A stretch of DNA of 64,000 bases from Caecitellus pseudoparvulus. Taxonomy: Eukaryota > Protista > Bigyra: Bicosoecida. The stretch spans positions 186,001 to 250,000 of the forward strand of contig CBFFRQ010000068.1 in assembly GCA_965644315.1 (NCBI GenBank), in the 5' to 3' direction. The notes below the pieces were generated by a model. The model was given only the letters and a program-made list of their open reading frames with translations, did no database searches and was not told the origin of the DNA. Position numbers and translations under genes: made by a program. Positions 32,996-43,800 of the stretch are shown piece after piece (within the stretch, counting starts at the first letter, position 1; every line of letters starts with the position of its first letter).

Positions 32996-34900
32996 ATGCA
33001 AAAGATGAAGCGTCTCCTCGGTGGCAAGGCGTCAATTGGCGCTTTGGGCCTGTTCATGCTGTTGGACATTGTTCACTTTGCTCAGGCCATTCGCAACGAC
33101 CAGACGTACCTCGTCCCTGGCGAGTACGCTGCCCGGTACGCCTGTACTTGCGTTTCAGCGTTGAAACTCTCCTTGCTCATTCGCAACCACGCTACCCCCC
33201 TTCGAGCCAGGATTGATAGCTTTGGATTCGATGCTGGGGGTACTATTGATATTCGTGCAAAGATCTTGTCGCCAACTCCAGACACCAGGCAGTCTGCTCT
33301 GCAACTGGCAGTTTGCACGGAAACGGAGCTGTCGCACAGTGCGCTGACAAGGTTCTCTGCCGAGAGCTTGTGCCAGGGCGGTTTCAACATCTCATGCGCT
33401 CACACTGGAGCCCTGTGGAATGAGAATGGAACGTGGGGATCTCCCAGTTCCTCTTGGGCTGTGGAAGCCACGGCGCAGCACACCTCCACTTACATACTGG
33501 TGCTGCTGAATTGCAACTCGGCCAGCACACGCTTTCAGCTGCAGTACCACCTCGTGAACCCAGGTGGTGAAGAGCTGTCGACTGCCCAGATCCCTTTCAA
33601 GGCCATTTCAGCCGCGAGCCTGGTGGTGTGGATGTGTGTGCTCGTCTTCTTCGGCCTGGACGCAGGGGTGTGGTTGGCCAGCCTGCCAGGGGTCCGGGAA
33701 GACCTGCCAACCTTCCCGCTCGTCCACGCCTTCATGGGGGGGGCATTTTTCGTCCGTTTTTGTGCGTCCGTCTTGGACTTCTCGTATTGGCGCGAACTGA
33801 GCCGCGAAGGAGAAGTCAGCACAGCACTGTGGGCCAGCCGAACAGCTGGGACTGTTGCAGCACTTGCTGCGCAGAGCGCGGTGCTGCTGCTGCTTGGCAA
33901 AGGCTTGTCTCTCACCAGGCGGTCCCTCTCTATTTCTGAGTCCCGCGCTGTCGTCGTGGCTGTGTTCGTGCTGACCCTAGCCTACACGCTGTGGTTGGCT
34001 GCGCCAGGGTTCTTCACGCTGGCGTTTGTGTACGTCATTTTCGCCCTTGTGCTCAGGCTGGTGTACGTGACAACCAAGCGCAGTGGCAGATTTGCAGCTG
34101 TGGTTCACCGCGCGAGACTGCGCAGTGATGTGGCTGGGCGTGAGCATTCCGGCCTTGGCACCCAATCGCTTTCCAGCTTCCCCGGCGAGCCAAGGCAGCA
34201 ACGACCGGACGCCTCTTCTGCAGGCGACGGAGATTGGCTTTTCAGACTGCTGTACCCACACGACATGCGCGGCACGTTGCAGGCTCGGCAACTCCGCTTT
34301 TTTCTCGTCTTGGAGGCGTCAGCCATCGCCTGGCTTGTCCTTGAGCTGTTGTCCGCCACCCTCTCCACCGTCCTTGCGAATGAGCAAGCCGCTGGCTGGC
34401 AAGGAAGCGTGACAGCCCTTGTCATCCAAAGCAGCGCGATGTTTGCCCTCTTCTTGCACCTTCGAGTGGGTGTGTTGGGGGGTGCCGTTCACTTCAACGC
34501 AGATGCGTACAACGCAGAGACTCTGCTGTCGCCGCTCCTGCGGCACGAGCCTGGTGGGACATTGCAAGACCAAGAAAGCACGCCTTCGTCACCTCGAATT
34601 GCAGACCGTTCGTTTTGGCAGTCCTTGAGCCGTGCTTGGGAAGCTGCTGCATACGCGCCCGAGTCTGTCGCTCAAGCACAGTCCGCCTCCATACCACGTG
34701 GAGGCGCAGCGCCAAGGCGGCCTGCAGGCCATGTGAAGCACCTCAGCGTTGTCATCCTTAACCCAGATGCAACTGCATCCCTTGGCACTGTCGCAGTTTG
34801 GCGAGCGCCGGACCCACCTCAAGCCCAAACGGCAGGCAGGCGGGGATTCCTCGCGCCAGCTGCGAACAGACAGGGGTACGCCCCAGTCGCAGGGGAGTGA
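32996..34900 (+). CDS. GPR107/GPR108/TMEM87-like (Lung-7TM/GOST) membrane protein (~609 aa)
   Basis: Signal peptide, then a probable in-frame 75-nt intron at 33136-33210 (GTACGC...GCCAG) giving RIDSFGFDAGGTIDI. Lumenal domain includes YILVLLNC and YHLVNPGGEELS, followed by ~7 TM helices with LLLLGKGLSLTRRSL. Confidence 0.75.
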   Translation: MQKMKRLLGGKASIGALGLFMLLDIVHFAQAIRNDQTYLVPGEYAARYACTCVSALKLSLLIRNHATPLRARIDSFGFDAGGTIDIRAKILSPTPDTRQSALQLAVCTETELSHSALTRFSAESLCQGGFNISCAHTGALWNENGTWGSPSSSWAVEATAQHTSTYILVLLNCNSASTRFQLQYHLVNPGGEELSTAQIPFKAISAASLVVWMCVLVFFGLDAGVWLASLPGVREDLPTFPLVHAFMGGAFFVRFCASVLDFSYWRELSREGEVSTALWASRTAGTVAALAAQSAVLLLLGKGLSLTRRSLSISESRAVVVAVFVLTLAYTLWLAAPGFFTLAFVYVIFALVLRLVYVTTKRSGRFAAVVHRARLRSDVAGREHSGLGTQSLSSFPGEPRQQRPDASSAGDGDWLFRLLYPHDMRGTLQARQLRFFLVLEASAIAWLVLELLSATLSTVLANEQAAGWQGSVTALVIQSSAMFALFLHLRVGVLGGAVHFNADAYNAETLLSPLLRHEPGGTLQDQESTPSSPRIADRSFWQSLSRAWEAAAYAPESVAQAQSASIPRGGAAPRRPAGHVKHLSVVILNPDATASLGTVAVWRAPDPPQAQTAGRRGFLAPAANRQGYAPVAGE

Positions 34901-35073
34901 CATTTTCACACAGGAAGAAAGTCGTTCATGTGTTCCTTGTGTGTGGGGGGGGGTTGTGCCCTTCTGTGTCATGCTGTCTGCTTGGCACCCTCACGTGTCT
35001 TGAGCCAGGCGCACCCACCACGCCAAGTGACGTGGGGCCTTGTTGGGCGCACACAGGCAAGCGACCGGCATGG

Positions 35074-35880
35074 ATGGAATACCATCAGCAGGGAGAACTG
35101 GATCCTGAGAGTGCAGAGGCTAATCAGCCTGCCATTTCAGCTGCACCACCACAGCTAGCGCCCGAACGTCAGACAACGCGGAGCGGCTTGCGGGAGCCTG
35201 ACGGCGCTGAACCCTCCGACCGCTTCTCTTGGTTCCGAAGGCTGACCTTGCAAGACCAGCAGCGGCTGTACTGTGTAAACCTCTTGCTTCCATTCTTGCT
35301 GCTCTTCATCTTCCTGCTCGCTGTCCCTGCAGCAACTGGAGTCGGGTATGCTGCTTCTCGGTCCGGGCCTGATGCTCACGGGGCATCACGACGAGGCCGA
35401 TGGTTTGCTTCAATATTCGGAATAGCCTCCCCCGCATTGTTCATGCTGTTGCACTGCTTTGGGCTGTTCTGCCGTCTCCGTTGGCTGTTAGCCGGAGCCA
35501 CTGTCGCCAGCCTGCTATCAGCAGTGTACGTTGCCGTGGCGTCAGCGGCTGGATTAACAGCGGTGACAACCAGTGCAGCAGAAGCAGGTCTTGGGGGGGA
35601 TGAGGGTGGTATTGCTCTCGCGGCATCGGGGGGCAGCGTTATTGGGGCGCTGCTCCTGACCTTGACACCTTGTGGCCTCATGCTGTACGTCGGCGCCTCG
35701 CAAGCTTCCTTGGTGCGCACCTTGTGGGGCCACTTTGCCACAGACCCTCCTTCTGCAAGCACTGGTATTCGCTTGGAAGGGTCGTTGAGGGAGGGTATCC
35801 CGGTGGTGGCTCGAGAAGCACCAAGCGGGCAAGCAAACCCACCCGGCCCCGTGCCCATTGCGCCCCCTGTTCGAATGTAG
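35074..35880 (+). CDS. Hypothetical membrane protein, ~4 TM helices (268 aa)
   Basis: Fills the gap between two + strand genes. Hydrophobic segments LLLPFLLLFIFLLAV, FASIFGIASPALFMLL, LLAGATVASLLSAVYVAVA and VIGALLLTLTPCGLMLYV. No family recognised. Confidence 0.6.
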   Translation: MEYHQQGELDPESAEANQPAISAAPPQLAPERQTTRSGLREPDGAEPSDRFSWFRRLTLQDQQRLYCVNLLLPFLLLFIFLLAVPAATGVGYAASRSGPDAHGASRRGRWFASIFGIASPALFMLLHCFGLFCRLRWLLAGATVASLLSAVYVAVASAAGLTAVTTSAAEAGLGGDEGGIALAASGGSVIGALLLTLTPCGLMLYVGASQASLVRTLWGHFATDPPSASTGIRLEGSLREGIPVVAREAPSGQANPPGPVPIAPPVRM

Positions 35881-36008
35881 TCTACGGCCAGAATTACCCC
35901 AAACTTGTTTATGAATCACCTCTGTGAGCAATGCATGTGATGCCTCCGCGTCTCGCTTGAGCACCTGCTGCTGTGAGAGACAGCACGTTGGCAAGCAATT
36001 TCCGCAGC

Positions 36009-37442
36009 ATGGCCGAGGTCCACACAACAGCCAAAGCCAGCAGTGCTCCAGCGCCAAGCACACCACCTGCTGTGTTGATGGTGGGAACGGGTGAATACAC
36101 TACAGGGTACGGCGAGTCCTCTTCGAAAACGGACAAAGGGGCCGGAGGTGCGGCCTGCGAACCCGGCCGTCGCACTCCTGGCGAGCTGGCATGCACGCAC
36201 GCTTCCTCACCGAGCGCAGTGGTGGCAATCACGGTGTTTGACCTGCGCAAGCGCGGATTGGTCGGGGATGTCTACATGTGCGGCGTGAATGGCACGAAGT
36301 TCCCTGCCATTCGAGCCCACATGCAAGCCGCCATCGCGGAAGCCTACCCTCAACACGGGTTTGACATCTCCTGCGCCACGTTTCCTCCTGACGACCAGGT
36401 AGACCCACAAGCATACTTGACTGCCATAGATGCCCTGCCTGGCCGATCCATCGTCATCATTTTCACGCCTGATGATACCCACTTTGACATTGCCATGGCT
36501 GCGATTCGCAAAGGCCACCATGTGCTCGTGACCAAGCCCGCTGTCAAGACCCTGGCAGAGCACACCGCCTTGGCAGACGCAGCTCGGGAAGCGGGCAATC
36601 TGTGCGCTGTCGAAGTCCACAAGAGATGGGACCCGATGTACGCGGACGCGCGGGACCGCTTGCGGGCATCCGGTGACTTCTCGTTCTTGGATGCCTACAT
36701 GTCGCAGCCAAAGCTGCAGCTCAAGACATTCAAGTCGTGGGCCGGCATTGCATCAGACATTTCGTACTACCTGAACTCGCACCATGTAGACTTCCATGAG
36801 TGGTGCATGCAAGGGCGGGGGAGGCCGATTCGCGTGACAGCGAGCGCGGCCACGGGGGTGGGGCAGCGCCTGCTGCAAAGGCATGTCGATGACACCATCA
36901 CTCTGCTCGTCCAGTGGGAGAACCTCCCAAGCGGAACCCTTGGCACTGCCGTGTACACCGCCTCCTGGATCGCACCTTCAGCCGAGGTGCACTCCCAACA
37001 ACGCTTTTTCGCAATGACGCACGGTGGCGAAGTGAGGCTCGACCAGGCTCACAGAGGATACTCCGTAGCCACTGACAGTGCAGGGTTTGCCAGCGTTAAT
37101 CCTCTCTTCATGAAGTACACTCCCTCTGAAGGCACATTTGCAGGGCAAGGGGGGTACGGCTACCGGTCTTTCGAGGCCTTCATCCAGGCTGCAGTTGAGG
37201 TGAACGCGGGCAAAGCGCTTGCAAGTGACTTTGATGAGTCTGGGCAGCTGGCCACCATTCACTCCACGTTGCAGACGACTGCCATCCTCGAGGCGGGCGC
37301 TCGAAGCCTTGCTGCGGGCGGTCACCCTGTGACTATCCAGTATGAGTCTGCGACTGCCCTCCAGCCCCAAGCAGTGCAGCCACAAGACACCACAGAGAGA
37401 CCGCAGCGATCTTCCGATACAACGTCTGAGGCGGCTCCTTGA
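36009..37442 (+). CDS. Gfo/Idh/MocA oxidoreductase, D-galacturonate reductase (fungal GaaA)-like (~453 aa)
   Basis: Removing an in-frame 72-nt intron at 36148-36219 (GTGCGG...GCGCAG) restores [13 protein letters not shown]...[18 protein letters not shown]. Other motifs: [55 protein letters not shown]. Confidence 0.85.
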   Translation: MAEVHTTAKASSAPAPSTPPAVLMVGTGEYTTGYGESSSKTDKGAGGAACEPGRRTPGELACTHASSPSAVVAITVFDLRKRGLVGDVYMCGVNGTKFPAIRAHMQAAIAEAYPQHGFDISCATFPPDDQVDPQAYLTAIDALPGRSIVIIFTPDDTHFDIAMAAIRKGHHVLVTKPAVKTLAEHTALADAAREAGNLCAVEVHKRWDPMYADARDRLRASGDFSFLDAYMSQPKLQLKTFKSWAGIASDISYYLNSHHVDFHEWCMQGRGRPIRVTASAATGVGQRLLQRHVDDTITLLVQWENLPSGTLGTAVYTASWIAPSAEVHSQQRFFAMTHGGEVRLDQAHRGYSVATDSAGFASVNPLFMKYTPSEGTFAGQGGYGYRSFEAFIQAAVEVNAGKALASDFDESGQLATIHSTLQTTAILEAGARSLAAGGHPVTIQYESATALQPQAVQPQDTTERPQRSSDTTSEAAP

Positions 37443-37852
37443 AGCTCGCCCACGATTGGCAATGCATGAACCTTCGTGAGACCACACCAACCTCTGGAAG
37501 TCCGCCACAAAACCCACCTCCAGTCAAATTGCCGCCATCTCATGGCACTTAAACCTAGGGCCTAAACCCAGCTGAGTGCCTCTTGCACATTGTGGGGAAC
37601 ACGGGGCACGCAAACAGCTGTGTTGGGCTTCTCCATCCAGTGGTGCCACCTACCCGCATCTGAGACAGGCTCGATCTTGAGACCATCGCGCTGCGTGTAG
37701 TGCTCAACCTCCCTCAGGCGCTTCATCGTTGTGCGTCAATGCCGCTTTCCTCGTCCCTCTTGCCACCTTGCTTTGAGCTGCTCAGCACACTCGCTCTTCC
37801 CCCTGAGCGTTTTTCAGGCTCATCACCCACACCGAAGTATCGTTGAAGCAAC

Positions 37853-40800
37853 ATGCCTGGACTCAACGGGAAGTTGACAGTGCACCTGCACAAGGCCAAG
37901 GGACTCAAGAAGCCCAATGGCTCACCTCCTGGCCAGGTCATGGTGCAAGTGCTGGTCAATGGCGCCTCTGTGTCCGGCAAGGCCCACGAGGCTGCCGGCG
38001 CCGACTGGCAAGAGAGTGTGGCTCTCGACGTCGCCGACGCGCCCCTGGGCGCGACAGCCCGCTTCATTGTTGTAGATGTCAGTGGCGACTCTCAAGATGC
38101 CTTGGGCAGCGTGTCCATGGCCTTGCCTGACAACTCCTCCGCCGCCGGAGTCTTCGATGCCGCATGGCACGACGTCGTCGCCCCAGATGGCAAGAGTCTG
38201 GCAGGGCAGCTCAACTTTGGAATGGAGTGGGCACCCAAACGCGCCTCATCCAGGGGTTCGTCCCGTAAGTCTCGTGTGCGCGCACTGGCATCGCGTGCCC
38301 CGCTTCAGGGCAGGAAGAGCCGGTAAACGGAAATTGCGCGAGTCGCTGTGCGACCTTTCATGTGCGCCATGCGAAGCCAAGCTCGGCGCTGGTACAGCTG
38401 CATGGTCCCACACGTTCTCACAATACCTTGTTGCTCAGGAAGTGGTTCTCGAAGTGGATCCCGAGTGTCATCGGCCGTTGGCAGCCTGCGAGGCATCGAC
38501 GAGCGGAGCACGCTGAATGGTACCTTGACCGTGTACCTGAAGAAGGCACGAGACCTCAAGGACGCGGACTTCTTTGGCAAGTCAGACCCCTACGTTAAAG
38601 TGGCCGTTGCTGAGGTTCAGGCTCAGTCTAAGGTCGTCGAAAACTCCACCAACCCCGAGTGGAACGAAGACCTTAAACTCAAGATCCGCGGCGCAAGCTT
38701 GGGCGCCTTCATCCACATGCACGTGATGGATGAGGATGGCGAGAAGGATGGGTCCCTGGGCGAGGTGAAGGTGCCACTGCCTGACCACCCCGATGCGGCG
38801 GGCGTGTTCGAGGCTGTGTGGCAGCCGGTGGTGGACGAGAAGGGCAAGCAGCACGGGGAGCTGTTGGTGGGCTTCAAATGGGACCCGGTGTCGGCGCAGC
38901 GCAGGCGCAAGCGCGAGCGTGCAGCTGCACGTGCTGCCGCCGAGGAAGCGGCTGCTGCTTCTGGCTCCGGGGCTGGTGCCCAAGCCATCGATGAGCGCAA
39001 GACTCTAAATGGGACCCTCACTGTCTACTTAAAGGAAGGGCGCAAGCTGCCCACAGTTGACTCAAGAGGGCAGCTTGATCCCTTTATCGTGGTGGAAGTC
39101 GAAGAGAAGGCCGTGACGAGCAGTGCCAAGAAGAATACGTCTGCTCCAGTGTGGAACGAAGACATGGTTCTGCAGGTGCAAGGTGCCAAGCTTGGAGCCA
39201 CTATCGTCATGAGCGTGCAAGACAAGGCTCCTGCAGGAGACACAGCTGTCGGGAAGTGCAAGATTCCTTTGCCCGACCACCCGGATGCTGCTGGAGTGTT
39301 TGATCCAGTTTGGCAGCCGGTGACTGGACCAAAGGGTGGGAGTAAGGGAGAGATTCTGGTGGGCTTCAAGTGGGATCCGATCTCTGCGCAGAGAGAAAGA
39401 CGCAAATCGCAGGAAGAGCAGAAAAAGCAGCTTGCCCCTCCGCCCGCTGCTGCGGTCGCTGCTGCACCTGCCGCCGCGGCTACTGCCCCAGTGGACGAGC
39501 GCAAAACCCTCAACGGCACCCTCAAGGTCCAGCTCAAGAAGGCACGAGACCTCAAGGACGCGGACTTCTTCGGCAAGTCAGACCCCTACGTCATCACATC
39601 TGTCGCTGATGCCAAGGTGCAGTCCAAGGTCATCCAGGACTCCACCAACCCCGAGTGGAACGAGGAGCTCACTCTGCAGGTCAAGGGCGCGCCCTTGGGC
39701 GCCTTCATCCACATGCACGTGATGGATGAGGATGGCGAGAAGGATGGGTCCCTGGGCGAGGTGAAGGTGCCACTGCCTGACCACCCCGATGCGGCTGGTG
39801 AGTTTGCGCCGGTGTGGCAGCCGGTGGTGGACGAGAAGGGCAAGCAGCACGGGGAGCTGTTGGTGGGCTTCGAGTGGGATCCGGTGTCGGCGCAGCGCAA
39901 GCGCGAGGCCAAGGTGAGAAAGGCCAAGGCTGCTGCCGAAGCCGAAGCAAAAGAAGAGCGAGAGGCTAAAGCGGCCCAGCAGGCAGCGGAGAAGGAGGCA
40001 GCTGAAGCAGCAGCCGCGAAGGAAGCCGCAAAGCAAGCTCATGAAGAGGCTGCGAAGGCTGCAGCAGCCGCCGCTGCTGCTGCCCCAGTGGACGAGCGCA
40101 AAACCCTCAACGGCACCCTCAAGGTCCAGCTCAAGAAGGCACGAGACCTCAAGGACGCGGACTTCTTTGGCAAGTCAGACCCCTACGTCATCACATCCGT
40201 CGCTGATGCCAAGGTGCAGTCCAAGGTCATCCAGGACTCCACCAACCCCGAGTGGAACGAGGAGCTCACTCTGCAGGTCAAGGGCGCGCCCTTGGGCGCT
40301 TTCATCCACATGCACGTGATGGATGAGGATGGCGAGAAGGATGGGTCCCTGGGCGAGGTGAAGGTGCCACTGCCTGACCACCCCGATGCGGCTGGTGAGT
40401 TTGCGCCGGTGTGGCAGCCGGTGGTGGACGAGAAGGGCAAGCAGCACGGGGAGCTGTTGGTGGGCTTCGAGTGGGAGCCTGTCAGTGCACAGCGCAAGCG
40501 GAAAGCCAAGGAGGCTAGGGAGAAGGCGAAAGCAGCGCAAGCTGCTTCAGACAAGGAGGCAGCTGAGGCACGCGCAGCTGAAGCCGCTGCTGCCAAGGAG
40601 GCAGCCGAGGCAAAGAAAGCTGCGGAGGAAGCTGATGCTGCAGCTGCCGCCGCTGACCTTGAACGTGAGCAGAAGGAGGCGGCAGCAGCTGCCAAAGCTG
40701 CTGAGGAAGCAGCGGCCAAAGCAGCAGCAGAGAAGGAGGCTGCAGCAGCCGCCGCCGCTGCTGCCCCAGTGGACGAGCGCAAAACCCTCAACGGCACCCT

Positions 40801-43800
40801 CAAGGTCCAGCTCAAGAAGGCACGAGACCTCAAGGACGCGGACTTCTTCGGCAAGTCAGACCCCTACGTCATCACATCTGTCGCTGATGCCAAGGTGCAG
40901 TCCAAGGTCATCCAGGACTCCACCAACCCCGAGTGGAACGAGGAGCTCACTCTGCAGGTCAAGGGCGCGCCCTTGGGCGCTTTCATCCACATGCACGTGA
41001 TGGATGAGGATGGCGAGAAGGATGGGTCCCTGGGCGAGGTGAAGGTGCCACTGCCTGACCACCCCGATGCGGCTGGTGAGTTTGCGCCGGTGTGGCAGCC
41101 GGTTGTGGACGAGAAGGGCAAGCAGCACGGGGAGCTGCTGGTGGGCTTCGAGTGGGAGCCTGTCAGTGCACAGCGCAAGCGGAAAGCCAAGGAGGCTGAG
41201 GCAGCTGCAAAGGCTGCCGAGGCGGAGGCTGAGAAGCAAGCCGAAGAAGCCCGTGAAGCCGAGGCAGCTGCTGAGGCTGAGCGCGTGGAGGCAGAAGCCG
41301 CTGCTGCAAAGGCTGCGAAGGAAGAGGCTGAAGCCGCTGCCAAGCGTGAGGCGGAAGAGGCTGCAGAAGCGGAAGAGGCGGCTGCCCGTGAACGCGCAGA
41401 GGCTGAGGCAGCTGCCAAAGCTGCTGAGGAAGCGGCAGCGGCTGTTCAAGCAGCGAAAGAAGCTGAAGCAGAAGCTGCGAAGGCTGCAGCAGCCGCTGCT
41501 GCCGCTACCCCAGTGGACGAGCGCAAAACCCTCAACGGCACCCTCAAGGTCCAGCTCAAGAAGGCACGAGACCTCAAGGACGCGGACTTCTTTGGCAAGT
41601 CAGACCCCTACGTCATCACATCCGTCGCTGATGCCAAGGTGCAGTCCAAGGTCATCCAGGACTCCACCAACCCCGAGTGGAACGAGGAGCTCACTCTGCA
41701 GGTCAAGGGCGCGCCCTTGGGCGCTTTCATCCACATGCACGTGATGGATGAGGATGGCGAGAAGGATGGGTCCCTGGGCGAGGTGAAGGTGCCACTGCCT
41801 GACCACCCCGATGCGGCTGGTGAGTTTGCGCCGGTGTGGCAGCCGGTGGTGGACGAGAAGGGCAAGCAGCACGGGGAGCTGCTGGTGGGCTTCGAGTGGG
41901 ATCCGGTGTCGGCGCAGCGCAAGCGCGAGGCCGAAGCTACCAAAGCCAGGGCTGCCGAAGATGTGAAAGCTGCGGAGGCTGCCGCGAAAGAAGCTGCCGA
42001 GCTTGCGGCACGTGAGGAAGCGGAGGCTGTCGCTGCTAAGGAAGCTGCTGAAAAGGAAGCTGCTGAAAAAGAAGCCGCAGAGAAAGCCGCTGCTGAGGCT
42101 GCAGCAGCGGCTGCTGTTGCTGAAGCCGAGGCCCAAGCAAAAGCAGCTGATGCTGCACGCCGGGCCGAAGCGGAGGAGGCTGAGGCTGCCGCCAAGGCGG
42201 CCTTGAAGGCTGCAGAAGAAGCCGCAGCTGCAAAGGCGGCAGCAGAGGAGGAAGCTGCAGCTGCCCAGGCTGCTGCCGCTGCCGCAGCATCCTCGGATGA
42301 TCGTCAGAAGCTTTCAGGCTCCTTGAAGGTTCAGCTGAAGCAGGCCCGAGGCTTGAAGGATGCTGATTTTATCGGCAAGTCCGACCCGTATGTGATCGTG
42401 AAAGTCGGGGATGCCCAGGCACGCTCTTCCACGAAGGATGGCACCACTGAACCTGTGTGGAACGAAGAGCTACGGGTGGATGTTGAAGATGCCGACCTTG
42501 GTGCACCAGTGTACGTGTCGGTCTTCGACGACGACGGCGGCAAGGATGATGCTTTGGGTGAATGCCTCTTGCCGCCGCTGCCTCGCGATTACGATGCTGA
42601 GCACTCAGTGAAGGAGGAGTGGATTCCTGTCATGGTGCCGACGGGGAAGAAGGGGGCAGACGGAAAGCCTGCCTTGAAGCAGCAGGGCGAAGTGCTCGTC
42701 GGGTATGTGTGGGAGCCCGAGGCAGTTCAGCGTCAGAAGCAGGCTGACGCTGTGGCTGCGAAGGCAGCCGCAGAGGCCGCAGAAGCTGAGGCTGAAGCAA
42801 AAGCTGCTGCCGACCGGGCTGCTAAAGAAGCTGCTGAAGCTGAGAAAGCAGCACAGACAGCAACTCAGGAGGAAGCCACCTCTCAGCAAGTCCGCGAACT
42901 GGCCAAGACGGAGGCAGGCCGCGCTGTCCTTGCAGATGCTGCACCTCGTGATGCGTTGGGGGGCGACTACGCTGGGGCCGATGATGAGGCGCTGGCCGTG
43001 GACCCTTCCATCGATGAGCGCCAGACCCTGAACGGAGACCTGGACATCCACCTGGCGGAGGCACGAGGATTGCGAGACACAGATTGGCTTGGCTCCTCAG
43101 ACCCTTTCGTGGTTGCAAGCGTGGCTGGCTCAAGGAACCCTGATGCAGGTGCCACGACGCCGCCCGAGACCAAGTCAAAGGTAGTGAAGGGCACCTCCGA
43201 GCCAAAGTGGGACGAAGACTTGAAGCTACGCGTTCGGGGAGCTCCCCTTGGCAGCCAACTGCTCATGAAGGTGCGGGATGATGACGGAGATGGTAAATTC
43301 GATGAGCTGGGGCAAGTGCAGATTCCCCTGCCCGAAAACCCTGACGCTGCTGGTAACTTCGCTGAAACTTGGCATGATGTTGTCGACGCGAAGTCTGGCA
43401 AGAAAGCAGGCCAGGTGCGACTTTCTCTCGTGTGGACCCCGGTGACTGCCCTCCGCAAGGCGGCACAAGACGCTGCCGAAGCCCCCACCGCTGCTGATGC
43501 AGGTGATGGCAGCTCAAAGGAGGATGACAAGCCATTGACTGGCACTCTTGTACTGCGCGTGCAGGCCGCAAAAGATCTGAAAGACGCGGATTGGTTTGGC
43601 AAGTCTGATCCGTACGTGGTTGCGTCAGTACCACAGAATCCTAGCAAGGCCGGAACTGCAGCTGGCCCGGGTGCAGCTGAGAGCAAAGCCGCTTCTCCTG
43701 ATGGCGCAAAGAGCGGCGCCGGAAGTGAGGAGGCTGCAGGCCAGGATGGGCCCACTGCCCGCACGAGTGTCAAGGAAGGCACAACTTCCCCAGTGTGGGA

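Noticed and set aside
37548-37570. Telomere/telo-box-like sequence ttaaacctagggcctaaaccc upstream of the giant C2 gene
   Set aside because: Only two imperfect units, compatible with chance; no array.
39485-41932. Direct repeats with unique spacers, superficially like LTRs or a CRISPR array
   Set aside because: The repeats are ~420 bp, in frame and encode C2 domains, and the spacers encode helical linkers. No cas, RT or integrase genes are nearby.
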